Part shown: piece by piece, positions 1 to 12,962 of the stretch
Layout of the letters: every line of letters begins with the position of its first letter
Numbering within the stretch: position 1 is the first letter of the stretch
Source: Octopus vulgaris
Taxonomy: Eukaryota
Length of the DNA: 64,000 nt
Direction: 5' to 3'
Assembly (NCBI GenBank): GCA_951406725.2
Contig: OX597827.1
Span: forward strand, 71,486,001-71,550,000
Notes under the pieces: generated by a model
Told to the model about the DNA's origin: nothing
What the model saw: only the letters and a program-made list of their open reading frames with translations
The model's database searches: none
Translations under genes and position numbers: made by a program

Positions 1-31
<31 letters not shown>

Positions 32-149
32 GAACGTTTCAACTGCATATAACCCCCACCATACACACACAACCCCATCCACTCCCTATCACTTCAAAAC
101 GTTTGGTCACTACAAGAACACAGCAATTCATTCAATAGGTTCAGGATAT

Positions 150-912
150 TATCGATGATGATCCCGAAAAATGAATGAGGACCACCGTCAAAGTACTTCA
201 GCCGTTGGAGTGGACTATCAGAATTGTGGCACATGAGAACATGCAATACAAGTCGTTGTACCGGGGGAGAAGTCAGTTCATGTCTGTAAAAGCAGGAAAA
301 CAATTCGATCCATACCAAGCGGTTATTTAACAAGGTTAAAAATCCTCAGAAATATGGTATGCTTTGGTTTTTCTTTGACAAGAAAATTGTCGACCATGAC
401 CAAAAGTTTCCCAGGAGAAATGACCGGCGTTTCTTTGCAGATTCTTATGGACTCCCCAGAATGATTCACTTTACTTTTCAAACAACTGTGATGGCTTTAA
501 GAATGGTGAGTAACGAAGGTCGTGTGATGCTGTCAAATATCTTTCCACAGTCTTCGATTAATGCTGCTGGATACATTGAAATGCTATGCTCTTGATGGAT
601 GAAGTACACAGTGAAAGGCTATATATGTTTCAGCAAGACTCATCATCTTCTCACAAGAACTGGTGTCAAACAATCCTTATCGTTATGCAACACCAAACAC
701 GTGACCTCAGATTTGAATCCTATGGACTATTACGTTTGGCGCGTTGTTTGAAGAGAGACTAATCGATATACTTATTGTTTTATAGCTTCACTGAAGGCTA
801 CCATCGCCGAGGTGATGCCCGAAATGAATATGGAACAATTGATGCAAGTATATCAACGATTCCGGTCCCGTAGTGAAGTTGCCATCGAAGCTGAAAGCGG
901 ATTGATAGAATT
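150..912 (+). pseudogene. Degenerate Tc1/mariner (maT/DD37D-like) transposase relic
   Basis: Frameshifted peptides TIRIVAHENMQYKSLYRGRSQFMS, WFFFDKK..DQKFPRRNDR, VMALRMVSNEGRVM, YMFQQDSSSSH (622-654), DLNPMDYYVW (710-739) and C-terminal EAESGLIE match IS630-Tc1-mariner catalytic motifs. Stops and deletions prevent counting the D-D spacing. Confidence 0.85.
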
Positions 913-1424
913 TTGTAAGGAAGATTATCGAGGAAATATTCACAGTTTTTTTTTTATTAAAATACATTTGATTTTTGTCTGATTAGAGTCATTTTATTGA
1001 ATTACAAAATATGTCCTCAAATACTTTTCGTTATTTCTATAAGTAACGGTAAGTAACCCAATAATACTCAGAGGCGACTTTTGCTAATTATACTAAATTG
1101 TTTTTGGATATATTGATCGGTGATTTTATTACAGGGACACAACTCGATAATAGAAAGACGTTCATATAATGCAAGGGAAGTAACTCATGACGCCCACATA
1201 TAATTTGCATCCTCATTGCATTACACTGGTATTCATTTTGGACATTACATCCTCTTTCCATGCTTTCTGAGAAATACTCTTGTATTAAATTAGAACTGTT
1301 TAGAGAAAAATCTATATATACACATGCGTACATAACTAAATTTCTAAATACTTCTATGCAATTTCATATATCAAACATTTTGGCTTTGATGATTCATACG
1401 TAATTTCTCCTGCTATTTCGTATA

Positions 1425-1682
1425 CAGTAATCCCTCGACATATCGCGGTTCACCTATCGCGGTTCACCTATCGCGGTTCACCTATCGCGGTTCACCTATC
1501 GCGGTTCACCTATCGCGGTTTATTATTTAAGCTTACGCCGATTCCTCTGTGGTGTTGTTTTGGATTTATAATAAAATAAATATAATAAAAAATATGCAAT
1601 ACAGTACTGCTTCTACTTCGCGGATTTTCACCTATCGCACTGGAGTTTTGAATGTAACCCGCGATAGTCGAGGGATTCTCTG
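1425..1682. mobile_element. Tigger/pogo-like MITE with internal 14-bp tandem array
   Basis: TA followed by CAGTAATCCCTCGAC at the left end; GTCGAGGGATTCTCTG (imperfect inverted copy) at the right end; (TATCGCGGTTCACC)x5.7 at 1441-1520. Confidence 0.75.
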
Positions 1683-1687
1683 AGACC

Positions 1688-1893
1688 CCATTCGGTTACG
1701 ACTGACCATGGGATTGCACCTAGAAAGTTGCCCTCCCAGGCACAAGTCCGGGCAAGGTTGTTTATGGAAGACCAGCAGTCGCCCATGCATGCCGGCCTCC
1801 CCTCTCCACGCCACCAGTGTTATCCAAGGGAAAGACAAAGGGCCGATACAGCTTGGCACCTGTGACGTCGCAACTCATTTCTACAGCTGAATC
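1688..1893 (-). mobile_element. RTE-5'UTR-like SINE/LINE fragment
   Basis: Reverse strand reads CAGCTGTAGAAATGAGTTGCGACGTCACAGGTGCCAAGCTGTATCGGCC...GTCGTAACCGAATGG. This resembles RTE/BovB-type 5' UTR sequence (from recall) and shares the GTCGTAACCGA tail of the SINEs at 16438 and 57104. Confidence 0.5.
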
Positions 1894-1894
1894 A

Positions 1895-1923
1895 CACCAA
1901 CATCGGTGGTGGACAAACATATA

Positions 1924-2021
<98 letters not shown>

Positions 2022-2180
2022 TATATACATATATACGACGGGCTTCTTTCAGTTTCCATCTACCAAATCCATTCACAAGGCTTTGGTCAGCAGAAGACAC
2101 TTGCCCAAGTTGTCCCGCACTGGGACTGAACCCGGAACCATGTAGTTGATAAGCAAGCTACTTTACCAGACAGTCACTCC
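1895..2180 (-). mobile_element. tRNA-derived SINE family B, 5' half
   Basis: Reverse complement of the intact copy at 54407-54817 (GGTTCCGGGTTCAGTCCCA...CTTGGGCAAGTGTCTTCT), with internal (CT)n(TA)n. Confidence 0.8.
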
Positions 2181-2185
2181 ATCGT

Positions 2186-2217
<32 letters not shown>

Positions 2218-2519
2218 TATTCAAAACAACCGCTTTAAATCCTATTATCAAATACTGAAATCCAGATTGTGTTTATGTTAACCGAAAGAAACCCGTTTTT
2301 TTTTATACGGACATTGCTAAGGCTGTTTAACCCCGATTACAGCGCTGATCAAGCAGAGTAAAATGAAAATGCATCCCGCCTAAGACTCCCATCTTGTTTT
2401 CAGACAATGTTGGACTACATTGTCCAATGTGCCTTTATAGTTTTCTTTTAATGTTAGGATGAAACTCTGTGAGTTGATCTCTCACCTTCTTTCACTTTTT
2501 CTTGTTTTTCACTGGCTTA

Positions 2520-3124
2520 TGTCGTATTCGACAAAAGGTTCTGTATCAGTGATTAGAAACTGAATCCCTGCATACACGGTCAGACATCACGAGCAAAGCA
2601 CAACAGTTTCACGTGATCGGTCTATTAACCGTCAAACATCACGAGTAAACCACAACAGTTTCACGTGATCGGTCTAGTAACCGACCAATCAGTGTGAAGC
2701 GATGATGGGAAAAGGTTTACTCGAACATTCTAGAATTTGACTTCCGGTCTCCTATAAAAACCGTTCGGCGCGCATTTTTAGGAGTCAGACGACTCAGGAA
2801 AGTGAGTAAGACAGATGGTGGAGATAGATGACCGGAACCTCCGTTGCCACGAATATAGCACAATTGTTTGCAGTTATGTTGGGCAAGCCGCTTGTTGCCG
2901 TATCAATAGTTTGTCGTAAACTCCAAGCAGTATCTCTCTCCCAGTGTGTAATTATTGCTTTTGTTATCTGTAAAAGGCCAACGCAGTTTGTCTTTATATG
3001 CGATAATAAAATCGTTTTAAAAAAATACAACCAGGTTTTGGATTAAGCCCCGATATCAAGAAGGTTGAAAAACTACTGCTGTAACCTCTTGGCCACGTAC
3101 CTTCACCTTTTCTTTGTAGCGACA
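2520..3124 (+). mobile_element. Candidate solo LTR
   Basis: TGTCG...CGACA inverted termini, two ~51-bp tandem repeats (~2578-2683), CCAAT at ~2685, TATAAAAA at ~2753 and AATAAA at ~3005, in LTR order. No target-site duplication was found. Confidence 0.4.
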
Positions 3125-3183
3125 CGAAATAGCATCAAATGTAAGCAACAGGCGTCATTAACAACACAAATGCAACGAGAATC

Positions 3184-3462
3184 ATGAATGATGATGACGG
3201 TGATGAAGATGATGATGATGATGATGACGACGAGGACGACGACGACGATGATGATGATGATGATGACGATGACGATGATAACGATGACGATGATAACGAT
3301 GATGATGATGATGATGATGACGATGATGATGACGACGGCGATGACGACGACGATGATGATGACGACGACGACGACGACGATGATGACGACGACGACGACG
3401 ATGATGACGACGACGACGAGGACGACGATGACGATGACGACGACGACGACGACGACGATGAT

Positions 3463-3494
<32 letters not shown>

Positions 3495-3523
3495 CGACGA
3501 CGACGACGATGATGATGATGACG

Positions 3524-3584
<61 letters not shown>

Positions 3585-3615
3585 CGACGACGATGATGAT
3601 GACCACGACGACGAC

Positions 3616-3646
<31 letters not shown>

Positions 3647-3667
3647 CACAAAATGGTGATGATGACG
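3184..3667. repeat. (GAT/GAC)n compound trinucleotide microsatellite
   Basis: About 480 bp of interleaved GAT and GAC triplets. Confidence 0.95.
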
Positions 3668-4019
3668 GATTATCTGCGATAAGTTGACTGTCTCACACAA
3701 GATCGGTCGTTGACTCGTACAGCTTTCGATAAATAAGTGTAAAAAAATTGTGAGCTGGCAGAATGGTTACCGCGCCGGACAAAATGCTTAGCGGCATTTC
3801 TTAACGTTCTGAGTTCAAATCCCGCCGAGATTAACATTTGGCTTTCATCCCTTCGGAGCTGATAAAATAAAGTACGAGTGAAGAACCGGATTCGATGCAA
3901 ACGCCTTGTGCTCTCCATTCAAAGTTTCTGGCTTTGAACCCTGCAACAGACCATGGCTTGTAAGCCATGGGAACCGAGTAACCGGTCTTAAGAGTCATGG
4001 CACTCAAGAAAAAAGGTCC

Positions 4020-4396
4020 GCGTGCGTGAGTGCTTGTGCGTGTGTGTGTTGCATGCGTGTGTGTTGCATGCGTGTGTGTGAGTGCGCGCGTATATATATG
4101 AGCACTTGTGTGTGTATGTGTGCGAGTGTATGTGTATGTGTGGGCGTGTGTGTGTGTGCGTGCGTAAATGAGTGGGTGCGTCTGTGTGTGCGTGCGAGTT
4201 TGTGTGTGCGTATGCGTGTGTGTGTATGCGTGTGCATACGCGCGTGTGTCTGTGTATGTGGGCGTGCATGCATGGGTGTGTGTGTGCGTGCGCGCGCGCG
4301 TTCGTGTGCGTGTATGCATAAGTGTGCGTGCGTGCGTGTGTGTGCGTGCTTGTGTGTGTGTGTGTGCGTGCGTGTGTATGTGTATGCGTATGCGTG
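4020..4396. repeat. Degenerate (GT/GC)n microsatellite
   Basis: Imperfect GT/GC dinucleotide run. Confidence 0.85.
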
Positions 4397-4577
4397 AGTT
4401 TGATGGGTTTACGAAATCTCGTAGTGTATAAAACCTGAAAGGAAATAACGAAGGTAAAGCCCTCATTAACGGAGACAGATGTGAGGACTTGCAGGAAAAT
4501 CTTATTTCTAAACAGGAGCGTACGTGAGTTGTCGGTCAATCCGGCACTGCCCGAGGGCCCGGAGCTCTCAGATGCCC

Positions 4578-4683
4578 GCACTCTACATGTTAACTCTACT
4601 GATATCAATGCTAAGGGGCCCGACGGCCCTTAATACTCTCAGTCCACCCCTGCTTCTAAATGTATACATATTTCAAAGATGGC
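4578..4683 (+). repeat. Left arm of 106-bp inverted duplication (contains hAT-like terminus)
   Basis: Reverse complement of 6996-7101 with 5 mismatches by eye; includes CAGTCCACCCCTG, the reverse of the hAT-like end CAGGGGCGGACTG. Confidence 0.9.
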
Positions 4684-5375
4684 AAGCTTGCAGAATCATT
4701 AGCACGCCGGGCGAAGTGCTTAGCTGTATTTCATCGGTCTTTACGTTCTGAGTTCAAATTCCGCCGAGGTCGACTTTGCCTTTCATCCTTTCGAGGTCGA
4801 TAAATTAAGTACCAGTTACGCACTGGGGTCGATATAATCGACTTAATCCGCTTGTCTGTCGTTGTTTGTCCTCTCTGTGTTTAGCCCCTTGTTGGTAGTA
4901 AAGAAATAGGTATTTCGTCTGCCGTTACGTTGTGCGTTCAAATTCCGCTGAGGTCGACTTTGCCTTTCATCCTTTCGGGGGTCGATTACGTTCGTTCTGA
5001 TTTCAAATTCTGCTGGGTTCGACTTTGCCTTTAATCCTTTCCGGTTCGATAAAGTAAATACCAGTTGAACACTGGGGTCGACTTAATCAACTTAGCCCCT
5101 CCCCAAAACCTGCGGGCCTTGCACCAAAATTCCACTCCTTGAAACTAATTTATACATATTTCTAAGGCAACGAATTGGTGGAATCATTAGCACGCCGAAT
5201 GAAATGCTCGGTGGCATTTTGTCCGTCTTTACGTTCTGATTCAGATTTCACCGTTTATTGACTTTGCCTTTCATCCTTTCGAGATCGATAAAATAATATA
5301 ACCGATCATTCTTCCCCCGCCCTCCCCCTCCCCTCACCAATGAAAATTTCAACCCTTGTTCCTACAACAGACAAG
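4678..5375 (+). mobile_element. SINE family A cluster (multimeric copy plus older copy)
   Basis: tRNA-like head with B-box GAGTTCAAATTCC and central domain GTCGACTTTGCCTTTCATCCTTTCGGGGTCGAT, repeated several times. Confidence 0.85.
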
Positions 5376-5387
5376 AATTTATACATA

Positions 5388-5777
5388 CTCTTTTATTCTT
5401 TTACTTGTTTCAGTCATTTGATTGTGGCCATGCTGGAGCACCGCCTTTAGTCGAGCAGATCGACCTCAGGCCTTATTCTTTGTAAGCCTAGTACTTATTC
5501 TATCGGTCTCCTTTGTCGAACCGCTAAGTTACGGGGACGTAAACACACCAGCATCGGTTGTCAAGCGATGTTGGGGGGAGGGACAAACACACACACACAC
5601 ACATATTCATATGTACGACAGGCTTCTTTCAGTTTCCGTCTACCAAATCCACCCACAAGGCTTTGGTCGGCCCGAGGCTATAATAGAAGACACTTGCCCA
5701 AGGTGCCACGCAGTGGTACTGAACCCGGAACCATGTGGTTCGTAAGCACGCTACTTACCACACAGCCACTCCTGCGC
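5388..5777 (-). mobile_element. SINE family B, full length
   Basis: Reverse complement of 54407-54817, from the CTCTTTTA tail to the CCTGCGC head. Confidence 0.9.
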
Positions 5778-5964
5778 ATATTCTTTTCTACTCTAGACAC
5801 AAGGCCCAAAATTTTTGGGGAGGGGGTCCTGTCGATTAATTTGTCGACCCCGAAAAGATGAAAGGCAAAGTCGACCTCGACAGAAGGAATTTATACATAT
5901 TTCTTCTGTTTTGTAATTAATATATTTGTGTGTCAGTGTATATCCTGATATGTGTTCGTATTCT

Positions 5965-6108
<144 letters not shown>

Positions 6109-6214
6109 ATGTACGTGTGAGTACATGTATTTGCCCCGACACTCTACGCTCTACGCTCCAAATACTGCAAAGGCCAACTTTGCTTTTCATCCTTTCGGAG
6201 TCGATAAATAAAGT

Positions 6215-6820
6215 CCTTTCTTATTTCTTTACTGCCCACAAGGGGCTACACACAGAGGGAACAAACCAGGACAGACAAACGGATGAAATCGATTATATCG
6301 ATCCCAGTGCTTAACTCGTACTTCTTTAATCGACCCCGAAAGGATGAAAGGCAAAGTCGACCTCGGCGGAATTTGAACTCAGAACGTAGCGGCAGACGAA
6401 ATACCTATTTCTTTACTACCCACTAGGGACTAAACACAGAGAGGACAAACAAGGACAGACAAACGGATTAAGTCGATTATATCGACCCCAGTGCTTAACT
6501 GGTACTTAATTTATCGACCCCGAAAGGATGAAAGGCAAAGTCGACCTCGGCGGAATTTGAACTCAGAACGTAGCTGCAGACGAAATACATATTTCTTTAC
6601 TACCCACAAGGGGCTAAACACAGAGAGGACAAACAACGACAGACAAACGGATTAAGTCGATTATATCGACCCCCAGTGCGTAACTGGTACTTATTTAATC
6701 GACCCCGAAAGGATGAAAGGCAAAGTCGACCTCGGCGGAATTTGAACTCAGAACGTAAGGACACGAAATACGGCTACGCATTTCGCCCGGCGTGCTAATG
6801 TTTCTGCCAGCTGCCGCCTT
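6215..6820 (-). mobile_element. SINE family A, trimeric (one head, three ~180-bp body units)
   Basis: Three tandem copies of TATTTCTTTACTACCCACAAGGGG...GAACTCAGAACGTA, then a single head GCCAGCTGCCGCC. Confidence 0.9.
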
Positions 6821-6995
6821 AATAAACTCCTTTCTACTTTCGGCACAATGCCTGAAATTTTAGTCGATGATGTCGGTCCCATTGCTAAACTGGTACTTGT
6901 TTCGTCGACTCCGAAAGGATGGGCAGAATTTGAACTCACAGCGTAAAACCGGAAGAAATGCCACGAAGCATTTTGTACGGTGTTCTAACGAATCC

Positions 6996-7101
6996 GCCAT
7001 CTTTGAAATATGTATACATTTAGAAGCAGGGGCGGACTGCGTGTATTAAGGGCCCTCGGGCCCCCTAGCATTGATATCAGTAGAGTTAACATGTAGAGTG
7101 C
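6996..7101 (-). repeat. Right arm of 106-bp inverted duplication
   Basis: Reverse complement of 4578-4683. Confidence 0.9.
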
Positions 7102-7552
7102 TTATTTTGCTTAACGGTTAATCCAGCGCTGCTTCTCTCCCCAAAAGATTTTCGCCACAAATTCCATTATAATCGTAATCTATTCCATCTGAAACGTGTT
7201 AGTAGAAAATTTCATTAAAAAATATCCATACTTCGGAAAGTTTCTGTAGTTATTCTCTAATTTATTTACTGAGTGAATGAGTACTGTTCGACAGATAAAG
7301 GATAGAATAGAAAGGGAAATTAGACGTAAAATATGAGAAAAATCACTCAGATTGGGAATCAGACGTGTAAATGTTATTATGCAACTGGCAGGCAAACGTC
7401 TGGAAGGCGCTCGTACTGCTGGTAATAACTAATGTTCAGTGGCATGGGAATTCGTAAAAATATGGTATTTTTGAGTGCTTATCGATTCTTAATTATTCAC
7501 TTGTAAATGTTGACGACACAAAAATATGCTTCCTAGCTTTTGCTTTATCCAT

Positions 7553-7591
<39 letters not shown>

Positions 7592-7779
7592 CTAGTGATA
7601 TGTCGTCTGCCATTTCCATTTATTTACGTGCTATACGATTATATTTAAAGCTTATTGTCTGAAAGGAGATATACATACATACATACATACATACATACAT
7701 ACATACATACATACATACATACAAACGTACATACATACAAACATACATACATACATAAAAAAATATACATTCATACATA

Positions 7780-8111
7780 AAAAAAACTATGCCCGGAAAT
7801 TTGAGGAAGAAAGTAGAATTGACACGAAGTGCAGCCTCTCTTGGACACAAGACCACAACATTACATCACACTTTGAGGGCTATACGTTTGCAATCCAGGA
7901 ACAGGAGATTACCACAACGTACTTGGTGAACAAGAGAGACAGTGACGCTCTTGTAATCCCAAAGTGCAACCGCTTGTGTAGGTTATGTCATGTTTCTGTG
8001 GAAGATATAACGCATGTGATTAGCAGCTGTCCTAAAATGTCGTCACGGTACTACCTTAAGCTTCTCAAAACCAGAAATAAGAAAGCTAATTCGAAGACTA
8101 CAGATCCATAA
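7780..8111 (+). mobile_element. R4/Dong-like (RLE clade) non-LTR retrotransposon fragment, CCHC zinc-knuckle region
   Basis: Peptide ITSHFEGYTFAIQEQEITTTYLVNK...CRLCHVSVEDITHVISSCPKMSSRYYL has the AIQ(D/E)Q motif and the Cx2Cx7Hx4C motif that precede restriction-like endonuclease domains. Confidence 0.8.
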
Positions 8112-8325
8112 TCATGCGTTCATAAATTAGTTTGATAGTTGAGCTCTGATTGGCTGTATGCAAATGAGTTCATAACTGGGGTCCGGAACTCTCGTGAGAA
8201 AAAAAAAAATTCGCGGCTCCAAGATGCAACAGAAGGCACCTACCCGAGTGCCATGCAGTGAAACTGAACCCGGAACCATGTAGTTGGATCGCAAACTACT
8301 TATCACACCATCACGCCTGCACGCC

Positions 8326-8750
<425 letters not shown>

Positions 8751-9778
8751 GACTAAATCTGGAAGGAAACAGTTTTGCCAACGTTACGAGAAAATGCTTT
8801 TATCCTCAATAGTGTACAAAACCAAACGACACACTTAGCATACGACGTGCCGTTGCATTGCGTGACCTAATGAAAAGAGCAGACGACATGTCATGCAACC
8901 AAACGCAAGAAAATACGAAGTGTATTTTATTTGTTATGTCATAGTTGTAATTTTATCGCCATCTTAGTTGCAAATCAAACAATCTTAAGAGCAAATATAG
9001 CTGTGTGCATGTGTGTGTGTGTGTGTGCGTGTACGTGTATACACGTATCTGTGTGTATGTAATGTGTGTGTTGAGTCATGTTTGCATGTGTGTGAGTATG
9101 TGAATGTGTATGTTGTGTCGTCGTGTCTGTGTGTGTGTGTGTGTTTGTGTGCGTATATATTTGTATTAACACATGTATTTGCGTTCAGCGAATGTGTTGT
9201 GTGTAGCGCTGTGTGTGCGTGCGTGTACACATGTATCTGTGAACATGTGAATGTGTGTTGTGTTGTGTGTATGTGTGTATGTGTGTGTATAAGTGTGTGC
9301 ATATATATTTATCTCTATGTATGTGAATGTGTTGTGTTGTGCATATATCTACATGTTTCTGTGTGTACGTGAATGTGTGTGCACGTTGTGTTGTGCTCTG
9401 TGTGTGTGTGTGGTTTTGTGTGTGCGTGCACGTTGTGTTGTGCTGTGTGTGTGTGTGTGTGTGTTTGTGTGTGCGTGCGTGTATGATACAGAAAGATGTT
9501 ATGGATGCAGTAACGTCTTTGTCGAGGAAATTAATTTAATTGCCCGAATGAGCTCGTAGTGGATCATGTGAGAGGTCCCTGCCTCAAATTGAATCTGGCC
9601 TCTTTCGTTTCTAATTAGGTTTTCGTAAACAAAGATCAGATCTTTCAAATTGAGTGGTGACGTCATAGCATTCTAGCCTCTGATGCTGAACGACTACACA
9701 TCAAATTTATTGTCTGAAGTCAGCAGAAAACAGAAGAGGCAAAAGTTCTTGATTATTGCTTCATGAAGCATTGATTAA

Positions 9779-9998
9779 CCATTCATCATTTAATCCGTCC
9801 ATATCTGGCTTAAATATTCAATCGTTTTTATATTCAAATCGGTCCGATCCGACCTCTTAGACCTACTCAATAAATATCATCCTAAAAATAATGATATTAC
9901 ATCATCGAAATCTTGAAGCTCTGAGATGATCCACGATTAATTCAAAACAATGTGAATAAATATGCATTTCATTTGACAATAATCTGAGGGCTAAAGGC
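9779..9998. mobile_element. Degenerate piggyBac-like MITE
   Basis: TTAA-CCATTCATCATT at the left end and GCTAAAGG-CTAA at the right end; consistent with decayed TTAA-CCCTTTAGC...GCTAAAGGG-TTAA ends. Confidence 0.5.
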
Positions 9999-10123
9999 TA
10001 AACACTGCTTATAAAAAGAGGAACGAGATATAGATAGCCCAGCTATTTATATCTCGTGGATAGTCACAGGATAAGAAGAGGTTACTAACGGACTAGGGAG
10101 AACCGATCGCAGTCATAACTCAC

Positions 10124-10447
10124 ATAAGCGGAAAGTGTAACCCCTCGAAAGAGCTGTTCTTCACTCCTGCTCCAGAGCGTCGGCTGCGGGGTCACTCCGA
10201 AAAGCTCTATCTGCGACGATTTCATCTCAATCGAAGGAGAGGGACTTTCTCCGTCCGGGTTGCGGATCCGTGGAATAAGCTGCCGGACGAGATAGTGAAG
10301 ATGCCGACGACCGCTCGGTTCAAAGTCTCTCTTGACCAGAAATGGCCTGAACTTTTTGCATGTACACCCTCCCTGTACATAACTCCATGTCCCCCTACAT
10401 AGCCTTGCTTTTAGCTTTTTGAGCCAAAAAATTAACTTAACTTAACA
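10124..10447 (+). mobile_element. CR1/L2-group LINE 3' end
   Basis: Open frame ...ERRLRGHSEKLYLRRFHLNRRRGTFSVRVADPWNKLPDEIVKMPTTARFKVSLDQKW carries the RGH and FS.RV..WN.LP motifs, followed by a short 3'UTR and (TTAAC)n tail. Confidence 0.85.
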
Positions 10448-11225
10448 TCAGACGTTATTGACAATCGGCCGATGTGAACTACCGAATGTGCTTCTAATCT
10501 AAAAATGATAGGCAGCATATACATTCATTCTTTCGAACTCTCTCTCACCTACACGCAGCCATACAAGATGCTAAATAAAATCATTAATGTGAAAAGAATT
10601 TTCCGACGTTACTTTGTTGGTTTTTTGTCATGGACCTGTCGCGTTTTATTCCAATTTTTAACCCCAACAAAAGAAAAAAAAAACATGAAATATAAAAAAA
10701 GAACCCCAACAACTCTTCATTCAGCTAACATCCCATTCACCCCATGTTTTTCATTGTACAAAATGATGACAACAAGATATTTTGTTAAAATTTCTTCTGA
10801 GATTACTTTCGTGATGTGCAAACGAATGTTCGTCAAATGAAACTTGGCAGCCTCTTTAAAAAGGATACATTGACAAATGTTGCCCTAAATACACTGAATT
10901 TGAATAAATGGTGATGCTCATACCAGAAGTGTCTCTAATCATATGCGTGCCAGATCAGGGCTAGCTTGAGGCTAAATGAGAGTAACAACAATGAGAAAAG
11001 TCTCAATGTAGAAATACCAGCCAAATCTTTTCTTATTATATCTACCGTGTAAGAAAAAAAAAAGGATACATAAGAAAATGTAGTCCTAGAAACACTATTT
11101 ATAAAAAAATAAATAAAAGGTGGATGGTCGAGGTTGAAATGCCTTTGATGATAGATGCAGTCGATCATGGCTAATTTAGCGCTCAAACAACAACAGCAGA
11201 AACGGTGGAGGCGCAATACAGTCTA

Positions 11226-11645
11226 GGCGGCGAGCTGGCAGAAACGTTAGCACGCCGGGCGAAATGCTTTGCCGTATTTCGTCTGCCGTTACGTTCTGAG
11301 TTCAAATTCCGCCGAGGTCGACTTTGCCTTTCATCCTTTCGGAGTCGATTAAATAAGTACCAGTTACGCACTGGGGGTCGATATAATCGACTTAATCCAT
11401 TTCTCTGTCCTTGTTTGTCCTCCCTGTGTTTAGCCCCTTGTGGGTAGTAAAGAAATAGGTATTTCGTCTGCCGTTACGTTGTGAGTTCAAATTCCGCCGA
11501 GGTCGACTTTGCCTTTCATCCTTTCGGAGTCGATTAAATAAGTACCAGTTACGCACTGGGCTCGATATAATCGACTTAATCCGTTTGTCTGTCCTTGTTT
11601 GTCCCCTCTATGTTTAGCCCCTTGTGGGCAATAAAGAAATAAGAA
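11226..11645 (+). mobile_element. SINE family A, dimeric, young
   Basis: Head GGCGGCGAGCTGGCAGAAACGTTAGC, two ~180-bp body units and an AATAAAGAAATAAGAA tail. Confidence 0.9.
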
Positions 11646-11879
11646 TACAGTCTTTTCTTTTCAAGGAGAGCTTCTCAAAGAAACTCTTTCATACAATCAC
11701 AAGAATTTTGCCAACAGAAATATCACTGTATTCCTAACGTGTTTCTGTGGAATACACGTATATACACTGGCATGTGTATACACACATACACAAACACACT
11801 CGCTCACAAACATAGAGAACGATGATTTTTCTTGGAATTGTTTCATTTTTAACTATCATGGTAATGAAACTATTATAAC

Positions 11880-12355
11880 TATGATATAACGCTAGAAAAA
11901 AACACAATGAAACAAAGAAAATAACATGCTATTTTCCCATGTTGGCTGCGTGACATATCGTCTGCTCTTTTCATTAGGTCACGCGATACACCAGAACACC
12001 TAGCTTGCTCAATGTATCGTCAATTTTATTTAGTTCGTTTTTTTTTTTCTTAATACATTATGGAAAACTGCATTTTCTGTTCATACTGACAAAACTGTTT
12101 CCTTCCAGATTGAGTCGTCACGAATATATGACCTTTCAGACGGCAAACACTAACGTAATTATGTCACACATAACGAAATACAAATAGCAGACGACATGAC
12201 GTCGCATAAATATATAAATAAATAAATAAATAAATACAGCAATGCTGTAAATCTTTTCTTTTTGTTTTTGTTTTTTTGTCGTCAGTAGTTAGGAGCGAAT
12301 AATTAAAAATCGATATGCACTCAAAAACTGTATATTTATGAATTCCCATGTCACA
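11880..12355 (-). repeat. Old dispersed repeat, uninterrupted copy
   Basis: Reverse-complement similarity to 7438-7670 plus 8750-8965. Confidence 0.7.
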
Positions 12356-12646
12356 AAAAATTAATACAAAGAAAGGAGAATTAAGTTTATTATTCGCTCG
12401 CATAAGTGTTTCCGTTGGTTGTTTTCAAAGACAGAAAGTCTAAAAATATAGATTATGGAATATAATAAAGGAAATTCATGTAAGTTTTCGGATCATTCTG
12501 TAAATGTCAGAAGTGATTATAACCTGAAGGAGAAAAATGATGCAGAATATTATTTTGTTTTCAATTATTAGCTGTGTCCTCGCATATCCAAGCTGCTCCG
12601 AACACTCACATAAGCATAACGCATATTTTCTCTGACAAGAAAAAAA

Positions 12647-12647
<1 letters not shown>

Positions 12648-12725
<78 letters not shown>

Positions 12726-12736
12726 AAATCTATCTA

Positions 12737-12790
<54 letters not shown>

Positions 12791-12801
12791 AAATCTATCT
12801 A

Positions 12802-12875
<74 letters not shown>

Positions 12876-12886
12876 AAATCTATCTA

Positions 12887-12960
<74 letters not shown>
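12648..12960. repeat. (TATC)n microsatellite with higher-order periodic interruptions
   Basis: The interruption CAAATCTATCTAATTA recurs three times in the array. Confidence 0.95.

Positions 12961-12962
<2 letters not shown>

Noticed and set aside
1441-1520. Possible CRISPR-like array
   Set aside because: The repeats are contiguous with no unique spacers, the context is eukaryotic and there are no cas genes.
3103-3700. Poly-Asp, poly-His/Arg and poly-Val ORFs
   Set aside because: Translations of a (GAT/GAC)n microsatellite, open in most frames, with no splice or domain context.
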